From an uncultured Anaerolinea sp. (GTDB taxonomy: Bacteria; Chloroflexota; Anaerolineae; Anaerolineales; UBA4823), in the NCBI GenBank assembly GCA_964503145.1, contig CAZCYV010000004.1, positions 142,414-206,413 on the forward strand: a stretch of DNA of 64,000 bases, given 5' to 3'. The notes under the pieces are model-generated. The model searched no databases. It saw nothing but the letters and a program-made list of their open reading frames with translations, and was not told the DNA's origin. Shown here piece after piece: positions 25,884 through 35,906 of this stretch. The position numbers were made by a program, and so were the translations under genes. Position 1 is the stretch's first letter, and every line of letters begins with the position of its first letter.

Positions 25884-26546
25884 TCAGGCGCGATGGGTTG
25901 TCACTTGCTGGGAAATCCAGTTCAGCCATTCCGAAAGACCTTCACCAGTACGACAGGATACCGCAAACGTGACAACCCCTGGGTTTAGGACTTCGACGCC
26001 GCGGCGAAAATACTCCATATCGAAATCGACGTAGGGCAGTAGGTCAATCTTATTGATGACCAGGACATCGACTCCCTGATACATGGAAGGATATTTATAA
26101 GGCTTATCGGCGCCTTCGGGTATCGAAGCGATCAACACACTCCGATGGGTGCCAAGTAAGAAACCAGCCGGGCAGATCAGATTTCCGACGTTTTCGACGA
26201 TCAACAGGTCAATTGTCGTCAGATCGAGTTGCTGCAAGGCGCCCTGGAGCATCACTGCATCCAGGTGGCATTCGCCGCCGGTGTTGATCTGCACCGCAAC
26301 GGCGCCGGCGGCTGCGGCGCGATCGGCATCCAGGCTGGTGGCGACATCGCCGTCGATCACCGCCAGTCTCATCCGTTCCGACAGCCCGGCAATGGTGCGC
26401 TCGATCAGCGAGGTTTTTCCAGCTCCGGGGGAAGCCATAAAGTTCAAGCTGAAAACTTTGTGCGCGTCCAGGAGAGCGCGATTCTGCTGTGCCAGACGAT
26501 CGTTTGCGTTCAGTATTCTTTCTACCACAGGGATGCGTTGGGTCAT
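25884..26546 (-). CDS. hypB: Hydrogenase nickel-incorporation GTPase HypB
   Basis: 220 aa with P-loop SPGAGKTS, the ENVGNLICP motif and NKIDL. There is no His-rich N-terminal tract. Confidence 0.95.
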   Translation of the reverse strand: MTQRIPVVERILNANDRLAQQNRALLDAHKVFSLNFMASPGAGKTSLIERTIAGLSERMRLAVIDGDVATSLDADRAAAAGAVAVQINTGGECHLDAVMLQGALQQLDLTTIDLLIVENVGNLICPAGFLLGTHRSVLIASIPEGADKPYKYPSMYQGVDVLVINKIDLLPYVDFDMEYFRRGVEVLNPGVVTFAVSCRTGEGLSEWLNWISQQVTTHRA

Positions 26547-26583
26547 GAGCGTCTCTCCATGCTACATAGGGCAGACCAATGGA

Positions 26584-26925
26584 TTATTCTATATCGATTG
26601 ACTCAAGATAGAATTCTTTGCCGGCGACGATTTCTATGTTTGTGCTCTGACACCTGGGACATGCCAGCTCGGTTGGTCCGGGCGTATATCGATAGTTGCA
26701 CTCCAGACAGAGCAGTTCTGTGGGAATCCGGCGAAAGTTCAGCTTTGCGCCTTCAGCAATCGTGTTTTGGGCAATCAGATCCCAGTAAAACTGAATTGAG
26801 TCATCTACAAATGTCGCCAACTGACCAATAACGATGTTCAGGCTAATGATACGCTGAGCGTTCGATTGCTGGGCATGGCGAAGGGCAACCTCTAAAATGT
26901 TCTGTGTCACCGGCAGTTCGTGCAT
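26584..26925 (-). CDS. hypA: Hydrogenase nickel insertion protein HypA
   Basis: 113 aa with N-terminal MHELPV (the MHE nickel site) and a zinc site CLEC...CPRC. Confidence 0.94.
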   Translation of the reverse strand: MHELPVTQNILEVALRHAQQSNAQRIISLNIVIGQLATFVDDSIQFYWDLIAQNTIAEGAKLNFRRIPTELLCLECNYRYTPGPTELACPRCQSTNIEIVAGKEFYLESIDIE

Positions 26926-26930
26926 TGGGG

Positions 26931-28055
26931 CTATTGCATTTCTGGCGAGGAGCGGTAAACTTTATCTTCCTCAACCTGGTCTTCGTCGAGCTCATCCTGA
27001 ATTTTGAGCGAGTCTATCGCTGGCCCGGTGGCCGCCCAGAAGATCAGGGTAATGATGATGGCGGACGCGATGCACCAGGCGCAAGTGGCGCCGATGACAA
27101 AAGGCTCCAGGAAGGTCAGGTAGATCGAGAACAGAATGCCGAACCAGGCGAAGACCCATATCGCCAGTTTGAAGAACTTCGACCAGGATTTTGGGCCATA
27201 CTGACTGAACAGCCAGGAAGCGATAATGGCAGCATAGCCAGCCATCCCTAAGGCTCCCACGGGGATGATCCCAAACAGGTATGCATAGGGGCTTTCCTGG
27301 ACGCTGTTGCAATTTCCTACCGGGCCGCAGATTGCTTCGGTTTTCGTGATCTCGACATAGGACAGATAGAAAGCGACCCCTATACCTAAGAGGGCTAAAA
27401 CGGGAATGCTCGCGCCTGGCCAATGGAAAAGACGGCTATCTGAGCCGCGCAAAAAGTGATACCCAACCGCCATAACGCTGCCGATCATCCCGATCAGGAC
27501 GACCACGGCAATCGTATTTGCCAGTGGGTCCATCATGAAACGCTGAACAAGAACGGGTGAATTTTCGGTTGAAGCGGGTGTTTCGACCTGTGGGGCAGTT
27601 GATACCCGCTCGGTTGAAGGGCCGGTTTGGGCTTCGAGTACTGTTCTGAGTCCGGGGATATCTGGCCAATCGATCCCGCCGCTGGCCAATCCCTGCTCAA
27701 TAATCCCTGGCAACCTTTCTGGGATTTCAACCGAGCCGACTAAGACTTCTGACCCCACGACGAGGGTCGGCACGCCGACGCGCTCATCGGGCACATTGAA
27801 CTTGACCAGCATGGCTTGATACATTTCGTAACCAACTTCATGGTTGACATCGATCCCAACAATGTCCAATTGCTGGCCGTATTTTTGAGCCAACGGCGGC
27901 AAATGCACTTCCATGACCTCGTGGCAGTGAGGGCATGTGTCTGAGTAAAATAGCACTGCACGGACGACCGCAGTCTGCGCTTCGGCCGGGTTCATCGGGC
28001 TGGCCGACAGAAAAAGAAGTGTGATAAACACCAACAAGAAAATGCGGTAGCGCAT
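26931..28055 (-). CDS. Thioredoxin-like domain / VKOR (vitamin K epoxide reductase family) fusion protein
   Basis: 374 aa. Signal peptide, then a Trx fold with a CPHC active site, a linker, and a membrane domain. The membrane domain has the VKOR loop cysteines (CGPVGNC), the conserved SPYA segment and CAWC in the last helices. It stops 5 nt before hypA. Confidence 0.85.
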   Translation of the reverse strand: MRYRIFLLVFITLLFLSASPMNPAEAQTAVVRAVLFYSDTCPHCHEVMEVHLPPLAQKYGQQLDIVGIDVNHEVGYEMYQAMLVKFNVPDERVGVPTLVVGSEVLVGSVEIPERLPGIIEQGLASGGIDWPDIPGLRTVLEAQTGPSTERVSTAPQVETPASTENSPVLVQRFMMDPLANTIAVVVLIGMIGSVMAVGYHFLRGSDSRLFHWPGASIPVLALLGIGVAFYLSYVEITKTEAICGPVGNCNSVQESPYAYLFGIIPVGALGMAGYAAIIASWLFSQYGPKSWSKFFKLAIWVFAWFGILFSIYLTFLEPFVIGATCAWCIASAIIITLIFWAATGPAIDSLKIQDELDEDQVEEDKVYRSSPEMQ

Positions 28056-28077
28056 GATCTCCTCCAGTCTTATTGTT

Positions 28078-28872
28078 CTAACTGCACAAGAATTCTACCA
28101 GAACTTGGTTGAAGGCTTCCGGCTTCTCCACGGTTATTGCGTGTCCGGCATCTGGTATCATCACCTGACGGGCGTTTGATACGCCCTGAGCAAGTCGTTG
28201 TTGGTTGTGCACCGGAACCGTCGTATCGCGCTCGCCGGTGACGACCAGGGTGGGACAGGCGATTTCACCTAAGCGATCCTGGACATTGAAGCGCGCCAGG
28301 GCGCGCATTGCAGCGCGGTAGGCGCGCGGGTCGGCCTGAAGCACTTGCTCGATCAACCCCTGGCGCAGGGTTTCCTGATCTGGGCGAGGAAAGATCCGCT
28401 TTGCTACTGCTCTGGCCTGAGTCGGAATCCCAAGTGTATGAACCAGGATGAAGCGCATCAAAAAATATGGCATCATCCGGGGATGGGTGACATCCAGGCG
28501 GGCGAAGGTATTGACCAAGACCAGGCGAGAGACGTATTGGGGGTTGTCGAGGGCGAATTGCAATGCCATGGTTCCGCCCATCGAGATGCCGACGATGGAC
28601 AGGCTGGAAAGTTTCAGCGCTTCGACCAACGTGACGATTGGTTTGGTAAAGCTTTGGATTGAGGCGCGACCACCGGGATAGGTGGATTGCCCAAAGCCTG
28701 GCGCGTCTGGCGCAATGGTGCGGAAGCCGGCCTGGTGTAGCGCAGGCGTCTGCATCAGCCAGGATTGGCTGTTTGCCCCTAGACCATGTAGCAAGAGCAC
28801 TGGATTCGGGGAAGACGAATTTTCATCCAGATAGTGGATGCGGCAAGAAGGTGAGAAATCAAATACCGGCAT
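28078..28872 (-). CDS. Alpha/beta-fold hydrolase
   Basis: 264 aa with oxyanion HG (LLLHGLG), nucleophile elbow GISMGG and a C-terminal DAGH catalytic His region. Confidence 0.88.
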   Translation of the reverse strand: MPVFDFSPSCRIHYLDENSSSPNPVLLLHGLGANSQSWLMQTPALHQAGFRTIAPDAPGFGQSTYPGGRASIQSFTKPIVTLVEALKLSSLSIVGISMGGTMALQFALDNPQYVSRLVLVNTFARLDVTHPRMMPYFLMRFILVHTLGIPTQARAVAKRIFPRPDQETLRQGLIEQVLQADPRAYRAAMRALARFNVQDRLGEIACPTLVVTGERDTTVPVHNQQRLAQGVSNARQVMIPDAGHAITVEKPEAFNQVLVEFLCS

Positions 28873-28904
28873 TCTGGATTGGCAACGCGTCAGAGTGATT
28901 AAAC

Positions 28905-28930
28905 AACCACCTCCGAACCCGGAGGTGGTT
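28905..28930 (-). terminator. Stem-loop downstream of tatA (candidate intrinsic terminator)
   Basis: 11-bp perfect stem: AACCACCTCCG (28905..28915) pairs with CGGAGGTGGTT (28920..28930), with a 4-nt loop. The U-tract is short on either strand (GTTTAA on minus, CTTTAC on plus). Confidence 0.55.
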
Positions 28931-28963
28931 CTTTACGAATGCTCAGCACAGGTACTCAACTGG

Positions 28964-29167
28964 TCAAGGCTTGGGTAGCGTTTCGTTAGATTGCTCTTTT
29001 GAACTTTCTTCCTTACCCTTGTCATCGTCGCTCCGCAAGCCTTCACGGAAGGCGCGGATACCACTGCCCATTTCACCGGCGATTTTACTGATTCGACCAA
29101 CGCCGAAGAGGACGATCACGATAATCAAGATGATGATCAGTTCGGTTGGACCCAGTTGCATAGCCAA
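28964..29167 (-). CDS. tatA: Twin-arginine translocase subunit TatA/E
   Basis: 67 aa. MAMQLGPTELIIILIIVIVLFGVGRISKIAGEMGSGIRAFREG is the canonical TatA TM plus amphipathic helix with the FG hinge. Confidence 0.93.
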   Translation of the reverse strand: MAMQLGPTELIIILIIVIVLFGVGRISKIAGEMGSGIRAFREGLRSDDDKGKEESSKEQSNETLPKP

Positions 29168-29258
29168 TCTCCACTTCTTGGTGAACTCATCTCCTGCGCC
29201 ATAAAGGCGCTTTGTCAGATGAAATGATTATACTACTCTTTCCTGGTAGAATTTGAAT

Positions 29259-30623
29259 ATGCCTGAGTTGATCGTGATTGGCGGCGGGCTGGCAGGCAGT
29301 GAGGCGGCCTGGCAGGCCGCACAGCTAGGCGCTGATGTAATCCTTTACGAGATGCGGCCGAGGAGGCAGACGGGCGCTCACGTCGGCGCTTATCTTGCCG
29401 AGTTGGTATGTTCGAACTCGCTTGGGTCTGATTTGGTGGATCGGGCTTCAGGGCTTCTCAAGAGAGAATTGAGACGGCTAGGAAGTCTGCTCATCCAATG
29501 CGCCGAGGAAACTGCGGTTCCGGCGGGAGGCGCATTGGCGGTCGATCGGGAAGCTTTTGCCCGACAAGTTACTGAGCGAGTCGAGGCCCATCCGCGCATA
29601 CACGTCCTGCGCGAAGAGGTCTTATCCATCCCACAGGGGGTTACAATCATTGCTTCGGGGCCGTTGACTTCTGAGCCGCTGTCGAAGGCCATCGAGCAGC
29701 TCACCGGTCAGGGACATTTGTATTTCTTCGATGCAATTGCGCCGATGGTTCTGGCAGATTCGATTGATTTTTCCAAAGCATTTCGCGCTTCTCGTTACGG
29801 ACGCGGGGAGCAGGAGAGCGGGGATTACATTAACTGCCCGCTTTCTGAGGCGGAATACCATCGCTTCGTAGATGCGTTGTTAAGCGCAGAACGCATTGTG
29901 CTAAAGGAGTTCGAACGCATTCCGGAGGAGGGTGTTCATGCTGGGCCAGCCCAATATTTCGAAGGGTGTCTTCCGATAGAGGTGCTTGCCCGCCGAGACC
30001 GTCGGGCATTGGCTTTTGGACCGATGCGCCCGATGGGGTTGACCGATCCCCATACAGGACACCGTCCCTATGCTGTTGTGCAATTGCGCCAGGACAACCT
30101 GGCGGGGACGCTGTACAATCTGGTAGGTTTTCAGACGAATCTGAAATTTTCCGAACAACAACGGGTCTTCCGACTGATTCCAGGACTGGAGCAAGCGGTT
30201 TTTGCCCGCTATGGACAGATGCACCGAAACACCTTTATCTATTCGCCAGCCTGCCTTGAGCCAACGATGCAATTTCGAGGCAGGGAAAGTCTGTTCTTTG
30301 CCGGGCAGATCACGGGCGTCGAGGGTTATGCCGGAAACATTGCCACTGGATTGGTGGCAGGTCAGAATGCAGCACGCTTGCTGAACGGGCTGCCCCTTCT
30401 GGAATTACCTGTGACGACGATGATTGGAAGTTTGTGCTATTATGTGACCCACGCTTCTGCAGCGGATTTTCAGCCGATGAAAGCAAACTTTGGTCTGCTG
30501 CCACCCTTTACCGGCGAACAAACCATCCGAGATAAACGCAGACGGTATCAGGCTTATGCGCAGCGGGCGCTAGATGACCTGGAAGCCTATTTGCGCGCGG
30601 CTGGGTATTCAATTCCCGAGTAA
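29259..30623 (+). CDS. trmFO: Methylenetetrahydrofolate--tRNA-(uracil-5-)-methyltransferase TrmFO
   Basis: FAD motif [14 protein letters not shown], the CSNSLG motif and a GQITGVEGY segment. The ORF track starts at TTG 29253; I prefer the ATG at 29259. Confidence 0.93.
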   Translation: MPELIVIGGGLAGSEAAWQAAQLGADVILYEMRPRRQTGAHVGAYLAELVCSNSLGSDLVDRASGLLKRELRRLGSLLIQCAEETAVPAGGALAVDREAFARQVTERVEAHPRIHVLREEVLSIPQGVTIIASGPLTSEPLSKAIEQLTGQGHLYFFDAIAPMVLADSIDFSKAFRASRYGRGEQESGDYINCPLSEAEYHRFVDALLSAERIVLKEFERIPEEGVHAGPAQYFEGCLPIEVLARRDRRALAFGPMRPMGLTDPHTGHRPYAVVQLRQDNLAGTLYNLVGFQTNLKFSEQQRVFRLIPGLEQAVFARYGQMHRNTFIYSPACLEPTMQFRGRESLFFAGQITGVEGYAGNIATGLVAGQNAARLLNGLPLLELPVTTMIGSLCYYVTHASAADFQPMKANFGLLPPFTGEQTIRDKRRRYQAYAQRALDDLEAYLRAAGYSIPE

Positions 30624-30752
30624 TGCGCATAGCCACTTTATCTCTTGTCACCCGTGGAAACGCAAAAACCAACTTCAAGCTGGTTTTGTTGTAAAATATC
30701 TTATCGATGCCGGGACTTGAAAAGAAATTGACGCTGGTTATGGAAACGAACA

Positions 30753-32000
30753 ATGAGAGTTGTTGAAGCGCTCGAATTGATCCATCGCTCATGGCTCCTT
30801 CGCCTGACTCGACAACTGGCTCGAGGGGAGGAACTGCGCGAGCATTTCGAAGGAATACTGAGTCAATTCTACAACCGCCTTCATCAAGCGGTCGAGACAG
30901 GCGACCCGGCCTGGCTGGATCCAGTCTTGGGCGATTGGATCCAATCTATGCCAGAGGACAGGAAAAATAATCGAGAATTTAGCTTGATTCTGATGCTCAA
31001 TCAGATTCAATCGACGACTTATGAGATCGCGCGTGAGAATCTGGATGACCAACATACCCTGGCGTTGATCGAGGCGCTTACCCCGATCTTCCAGCATGCC
31101 TTGGAACATTCTGCGCATTTGGAATTGGAGCGGATGATCCAGGATATTTCCTGGGATTTGGAAAGGGCCAATAGCGCTCTTAAGCGGCTGGAGAAGAGGA
31201 AGTCTGATTTCATTGCTATCGCTGCACATGAGCTGCGGACGCCATTAACTTTGATCGAGGGATATGCCGCGATGCTGCGCGATCAGCTTGTCGATCGCGG
31301 CGAATATTACCCGGCAAATATCCTGCTGAAAGGGATGGACAATGGCACCCGGCGCTTACGCGAGATCGTTGACGATATGATCGATGTTTCTTTGATCGAT
31401 AACAACTTGTTGGCGCTGAACTTCCAACCGATCTGGCTCAGTCGAATGTTCAAGGATCTGGCTAAGGAATTCGAAGCTACAATCGCTGAGCGGCAGTTGC
31501 TCTTGACCATCGTGCCCTTCGAAGGATCTAATGAAATGATTTTTGGGGATAGCGAGCGTCTGCACCAGGCGTTCCGCAATATGTTTTCGAACGCGATCAA
31601 ATACACTCCCGATGGCGGCAGGATCACCGTCGATGGCAGGACGCTTCCCGGTTTTATTGAGGTAACGATACAAGATACGGGAATCGGCATCGATCCTGAA
31701 GATCACGTCAGCATCTTCGAAAAGTTTGGCTCTTTGGGTGAAGTCTCGCTGCATTCGAGCGGCAAGACAAAATTCAAAGGCGGCGGGCCAGGGTTGGGTT
31801 TGCCAATTGCCAAAGGGATCGTTGAGGCGCATGGTGGTTCGATTTGGGTTGAGTCGGAAGGGTATGACGAAGTCAAGTGCCCAGGGGCGACTTTTCACGT
31901 CCTGCTGCCCATCCGCAAATCTCCCCCAGATGAACGAACTGCAAGATTGTTTAGTTCGATGAACGACTCACGGGTAGATATCAAGCGGATTGAACCTTAA
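30753..32000 (+). CDS. Cytoplasmic sensor histidine kinase (helical N-terminal sensor, HisKA, HATPase_c)
   Basis: 415 aa with H-box AAHELRTPLTLIEGY, N-box FSNAIKYTP, G1 DTGIGI and G2 GGPGLGLPIAK. No TM helices. Confidence 0.9.
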   Translation: MRVVEALELIHRSWLLRLTRQLARGEELREHFEGILSQFYNRLHQAVETGDPAWLDPVLGDWIQSMPEDRKNNREFSLILMLNQIQSTTYEIARENLDDQHTLALIEALTPIFQHALEHSAHLELERMIQDISWDLERANSALKRLEKRKSDFIAIAAHELRTPLTLIEGYAAMLRDQLVDRGEYYPANILLKGMDNGTRRLREIVDDMIDVSLIDNNLLALNFQPIWLSRMFKDLAKEFEATIAERQLLLTIVPFEGSNEMIFGDSERLHQAFRNMFSNAIKYTPDGGRITVDGRTLPGFIEVTIQDTGIGIDPEDHVSIFEKFGSLGEVSLHSSGKTKFKGGGPGLGLPIAKGIVEAHGGSIWVESEGYDEVKCPGATFHVLLPIRKSPPDERTARLFSSMNDSRVDIKRIEP

Positions 32001-32030
32001 GCTTCAGTCCTGCAGAAGGATAAAGCTAGT

Positions 32031-33413
32031 ATGGCAAAGAAATTGCCGGAACTTACTGAACAGCCTCGGGAGCGAGCATTTCTGGTTGGAGTTGAGTTCA
32101 ACGGTGATCGTGAACTACTCAGCTTAAGTGACTCGCTTAATGAACTGGCATTGCTGGCAGAAACTGCCGGCCTGGAGGTGGTTGGGCAGACCACACAGCG
32201 GTTGCCTCATCCCAATCCCAGTACTTTCATCGGGCCGGGTAAGGTGGAGGAAGTCAAGGCCCTAGCGAATGAATATCAGGCCCAAGTGATCCTATTCGAT
32301 GATGAGCTATCGCCGAGGCACTTGCGAGAGCTCGAGCGCATTTTTGGTGAGGATTTGCGGGTTTTGGATCGGACAGCCTTGATCCTGGATATCTTTGCGC
32401 AACACGCACATACGCGTGAAGGCGCCTTGCAAGTCGAACTGGCGCAGTATGAATATCGGTTGCCGCGATTGACACGCGCCTGGACGCACCTGGCGCGTCA
32501 GGCGGGCGGTGGCGGCGGACGCACAGGTAGCGTGGGCGGTGTTGGGCTGCGTGGGCCTGGCGAGACCCAACTGGAAGTGGACCGCAGGGATATTCGCCGG
32601 CGCATTGACCACCTGAAAGAAGAATTGGAAAAAGTGCGCACGCATCGCCAGCAGTATCGTCAACGGCGCAAGCGCTCGCAGATCCCACTGGTTACCCTGG
32701 TAGGCTACACCAATGCTGGCAAGTCCACGCTACTGAACCGCCTGGCGCAAGCAGATGTGTACGTAGCTGACCAACTCTTTGCCACCCTGGATCCAACCAC
32801 GCGTCGGGTGGAATTGCCAGGCGGTCACGCTGCGCTATTTACCGACACCGTTGGTTTTATTCAGAAGCTACCCACCCAATTGGTGGCTGCTTTTCGCGCC
32901 ACGCTGGAAGAAATCGCAGAGGCAGATTTGCTGCTCCACGTGGTTGACAGCACGCATGTCAATGTACGTCAGCAAGTGGAGGCGGTGCATCAAACATTGG
33001 CGGAAATCCAGGCTGGCCATATTCCGGTGTTGACTGTGCTCAATAAAATCGATCGACTGGATGCTCCTGAATTAGCACTCCAGGCCCTGCGGGATTTTCC
33101 GAACTCGGTGGCAATTTCTGCTTTGACGGGTTTGGGCATCGATGAGTTGTTGAATGCGGTCAATGAACAGCTCTTCGAAAGGCTTGTCAGCGTTGCGGTG
33201 CACCTTCCATATCAGCAAGGCGGTCTGATCTCACAATTCCATGAGAGCGGCCAGGTGGAGCGCGCCGAGCATACTCGCGGCGGAGTCGATATCTACGGGA
33301 AACTCCCCGGGAGGTTAGTGGCGCGATATCGGCCGTTTATGATTGGGGCGCGTCAGGGGTATGAGGCTGTAGTACTGGAAGATCAACCGGATGAGGACTT
33401 AGATTACGAATAG
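32031..33413 (+). CDS. hflX: GTPase HflX
   Basis: 460 aa. HflX N-terminal domain (ERAFLVGV...), G1 GYTNAGKSTLLN, G3 DTVGF and G4 NKID. Confidence 0.95.
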   Translation: MAKKLPELTEQPRERAFLVGVEFNGDRELLSLSDSLNELALLAETAGLEVVGQTTQRLPHPNPSTFIGPGKVEEVKALANEYQAQVILFDDELSPRHLRELERIFGEDLRVLDRTALILDIFAQHAHTREGALQVELAQYEYRLPRLTRAWTHLARQAGGGGGRTGSVGGVGLRGPGETQLEVDRRDIRRRIDHLKEELEKVRTHRQQYRQRRKRSQIPLVTLVGYTNAGKSTLLNRLAQADVYVADQLFATLDPTTRRVELPGGHAALFTDTVGFIQKLPTQLVAAFRATLEEIAEADLLLHVVDSTHVNVRQQVEAVHQTLAEIQAGHIPVLTVLNKIDRLDAPELALQALRDFPNSVAISALTGLGIDELLNAVNEQLFERLVSVAVHLPYQQGGLISQFHESGQVERAEHTRGGVDIYGKLPGRLVARYRPFMIGARQGYEAVVLEDQPDEDLDYE

Positions 33414-33647
33414 ATGCGGAAGGGAAGGACGGATATGGGACACAGACTCAATCGTTTGCTCGACTTTCTTTCCGAAGCCCTGGCACAGCGCAAAGGTCTG
33501 CTCCTGGTGATTGCTATCCTGCTGGTTGCAATCAATTACCTGCTCCAATTCATCCCTGGCGCAGGCTGGCTGGTGGAAACCAATCTGTTTTTACATCTTG
33601 GGATCGTCTTGGGTTTGATAGGAGTGATGATCGCTTGGGCACTGTAA
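33414..33647 (+). CDS. Small two-TM membrane protein (hypothetical)
   Basis: 77 aa with two hydrophobic helices (LLLVIAILLVAINYLLQFI, LHLGIVLGLIGVMIAWAL). It starts directly after the hflX stop. No family recognised. Confidence 0.5.
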   Translation: MRKGRTDMGHRLNRLLDFLSEALAQRKGLLLVIAILLVAINYLLQFIPGAGWLVETNLFLHLGIVLGLIGVMIAWAL

Positions 33648-34936
33648 GTTCGGAGCAACTGGCAAAACAACTGCAGGAAAGTCAAGCGCTGCTCGAGATC
33701 AGCCAGATGCTGGCGGGCACGGTTGACCTGGATATCACCTTGCAGCAGATTGCAGATGCTGCGAATACCTTGATCAAATCGGCCACCCGTACAATCTTGC
33801 ATCTGCTGGATGAAAGCGGCGATTATTTGCAGCCCGTAGCGATTTCGGGTTCTGATCGACCCAGCTTGAAGACTCGCCTGAATTTCAAGTTGGGTGAAGG
33901 GATCGCTGGCATTGTATTGGAGAGTTGCAAAACGATCAATGTGGCAGATGTCTTGAATGACCCGCGTTACATCCCTGTGAAAACCGACGACCAGAAAGAG
34001 CCGCCAATCCGCTCGCTGCTGGTGGCGCCTGTTATCACGGGAGAGAAACGATTGGGAACCCTGAGTGTGCATAGCCCATACCCGAATGTCTTCACGGCGG
34101 ATGATGAGCGGTTGTTGACTACATTGGGGGTTCAGGCGGCGGTAGCCATCGGCAAGGCCAGGCTATATGCCGATCTACAAGCTGCGCTCAAACATGAGAA
34201 GGAGACTCGCGCGCAGCTCGTTCAAGCGGAGAAGCTGGCGGCCTTGGGGAGGATCGTTGCATCGGTGGCTCACGAGTTGAACAATCCACTCCAGGCGATA
34301 CAGAACGCCCTATACTTAATCGATTTGGAAGAGAATTTATCTCCGCAAGCGCGTGAAGATTTGCAAACGGTTTTGAATGAAGCGAATCGGATGGCTGAGT
34401 TGATCGCCCGCTTGCGTGAGACTTATCGACCTGCAGTAAGCGAGGAGTTTCAGCCCACTTCAATCAATTCTTTGGTGTTAGATGTCCAAAAGCTGCTTGC
34501 CACTCATTTGCGACATAATCGAATCGACTTCATTTTCACCCCGGATGAAGCGTTGCCAATGATTCCGGCGATCAAGGATCAGCTCAAGCAGGTTATTTTG
34601 AATATCTGTTTGAACGCGGTCGAAGCCATCCATCAGGGAGGACAAATTCATGTCTGGAGCGAGTACGACGCTGATCATCAAGGGGTGATCCTTGGCGTAT
34701 CGGACAGTGGGCCAAGCATTCAGCCGGATATCCTGCCGTATATTTTTGATCCTTTCGTGACGACAAAAGACGGTGGAACCGGCTTGGGGCTGGCGATCAC
34801 CTACGACATCGTTCAGCGGCACCAGGGAAGGATCGAAGTTGAAAGCCAACCGGATATGGGTACCACATTCAGGGTTTGGCTGCCGTTGGTTCACCATTTC
34901 GATGCCGATCAACAGATCGCATTGCAGTGGGGCTGA
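33635..34936 (+). CDS. GAF domain sensor histidine kinase
   Basis: 433 aa. GAF (LLEISQMLAGTVDLD...AVAIGKARLY), H-box VAHELNNPLQAI and an HATPase_c domain (DSGPSI, GGTGLGLAI). TTG start; the only in-frame ATG would truncate the GAF domain. Confidence 0.88.
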   Translation: MGTVSSEQLAKQLQESQALLEISQMLAGTVDLDITLQQIADAANTLIKSATRTILHLLDESGDYLQPVAISGSDRPSLKTRLNFKLGEGIAGIVLESCKTINVADVLNDPRYIPVKTDDQKEPPIRSLLVAPVITGEKRLGTLSVHSPYPNVFTADDERLLTTLGVQAAVAIGKARLYADLQAALKHEKETRAQLVQAEKLAALGRIVASVAHELNNPLQAIQNALYLIDLEENLSPQAREDLQTVLNEANRMAELIARLRETYRPAVSEEFQPTSINSLVLDVQKLLATHLRHNRIDFIFTPDEALPMIPAIKDQLKQVILNICLNAVEAIHQGGQIHVWSEYDADHQGVILGVSDSGPSIQPDILPYIFDPFVTTKDGGTGLGLAITYDIVQRHQGRIEVESQPDMGTTFRVWLPLVHHFDADQQIALQWG

Positions 34937-34949
34937 AAGGGTGACTCGA

Positions 34950-35747
34950 ATGGGCGGAAAGGTTTTGATCATCGACGATGAAGCGGGCTTGCGTGAGACG
35001 CTGGGGCGGATTCTACAGCGAGCGGGATGTGATACAGAGGTCGCCGCAAATGGTCAGCAGGCGCTTGAATTGGTCGAGCAACACAACTTCGACCTGGCCT
35101 ACCTGGATTTGCATCTCCCTGGAATGGATGGGATTCAAATTCTGAAAGAAATTCGGCAGCGTCAGCCGAAGCTCCCTGTGATTATGCTGACCGGTTATGG
35201 CACTTTGCAATCAGCCGTTGAGGCGCTGCGCCTGGGTGCCAATGACTACTTGCTCAAGCCCTTCGATCCGGAGGTTCTGGTTGCGCGCACCCGGGTGATC
35301 CTGGATGAGCAGGCGGTAGAGCGGCGCAAGCAGGAACTGAGAGCGCAAATTGCGAGCCTGGAAGCCGAGTTGCACAGTTTGGAAAAGGAATCGCCAGCGC
35401 CCCCACCAGCGACCTTGTCTGTTCCTGAACCGCAGAATCGCTTTTTCAAACTTGGGCGGATGGTGCTGGATTTGCAGGCCAGACGGGCGACTTTTGGCGA
35501 TCGTGTCTTGAACCTGCCGCCTGCCACTTTTGACTATCTGGTGGTTTTAGCGCAGCATTCGCCAGAAGTCGTGAATTATCAGACCCTGGTGACAGAGGCG
35601 CAAAACTATCAGGTGGATGGAGTCGAGGCGCGCGAACTGGCAAAGTGGCATATGCATGTGCTGCGCCAGGCGCTGGAGAGTGATCCACAAAACCCCCGTT
35701 ATCTGTTGAACGTTCGTGGGACGGGTTATCGGCTACTGGTCGATTGA
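34950..35747 (+). CDS. OmpR/PhoB-type response regulator with an unusually long coiled-coil linker
   Basis: REC domain (VLIIDDE, phospho-acceptor in LAYLDLHLPGMDG, MLTGYG, KPF) and a C-terminal winged helix (ATFDYLVVLA...VRGTGYRL). The ORF track starts at 34773 inside the preceding kinase gene. ATG 34950 (or GTG 34941) fits the REC N-terminus. Confidence 0.9.
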   Translation: MGGKVLIIDDEAGLRETLGRILQRAGCDTEVAANGQQALELVEQHNFDLAYLDLHLPGMDGIQILKEIRQRQPKLPVIMLTGYGTLQSAVEALRLGANDYLLKPFDPEVLVARTRVILDEQAVERRKQELRAQIASLEAELHSLEKESPAPPPATLSVPEPQNRFFKLGRMVLDLQARRATFGDRVLNLPPATFDYLVVLAQHSPEVVNYQTLVTEAQNYQVDGVEARELAKWHMHVLRQALESDPQNPRYLLNVRGTGYRLLVD

Positions 35748-35906
35748 CCTGACTTTATCACCCCACATCTACCAACTTTCCCTAACTAAGTCTCGCCAAG
35801 GCAAACCGATCCTGGCTCAAAATTCGTTCATAATAGACATTGGAGCAATCCTTTGCTCCGGTCTTGATTGGACGTTTTTGTACTGGCTTTGCATCGGGAT
35901 GGCCTT

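Noticed and set aside
30665-30687. Weak hairpin after trmFO (AAAACCA, 9-nt loop, TGGTTTT) as a terminator.
   Set aside because: The stem is only 7 bp and AU-rich, with a poor U-tract. That is not enough support to list it as a feature.
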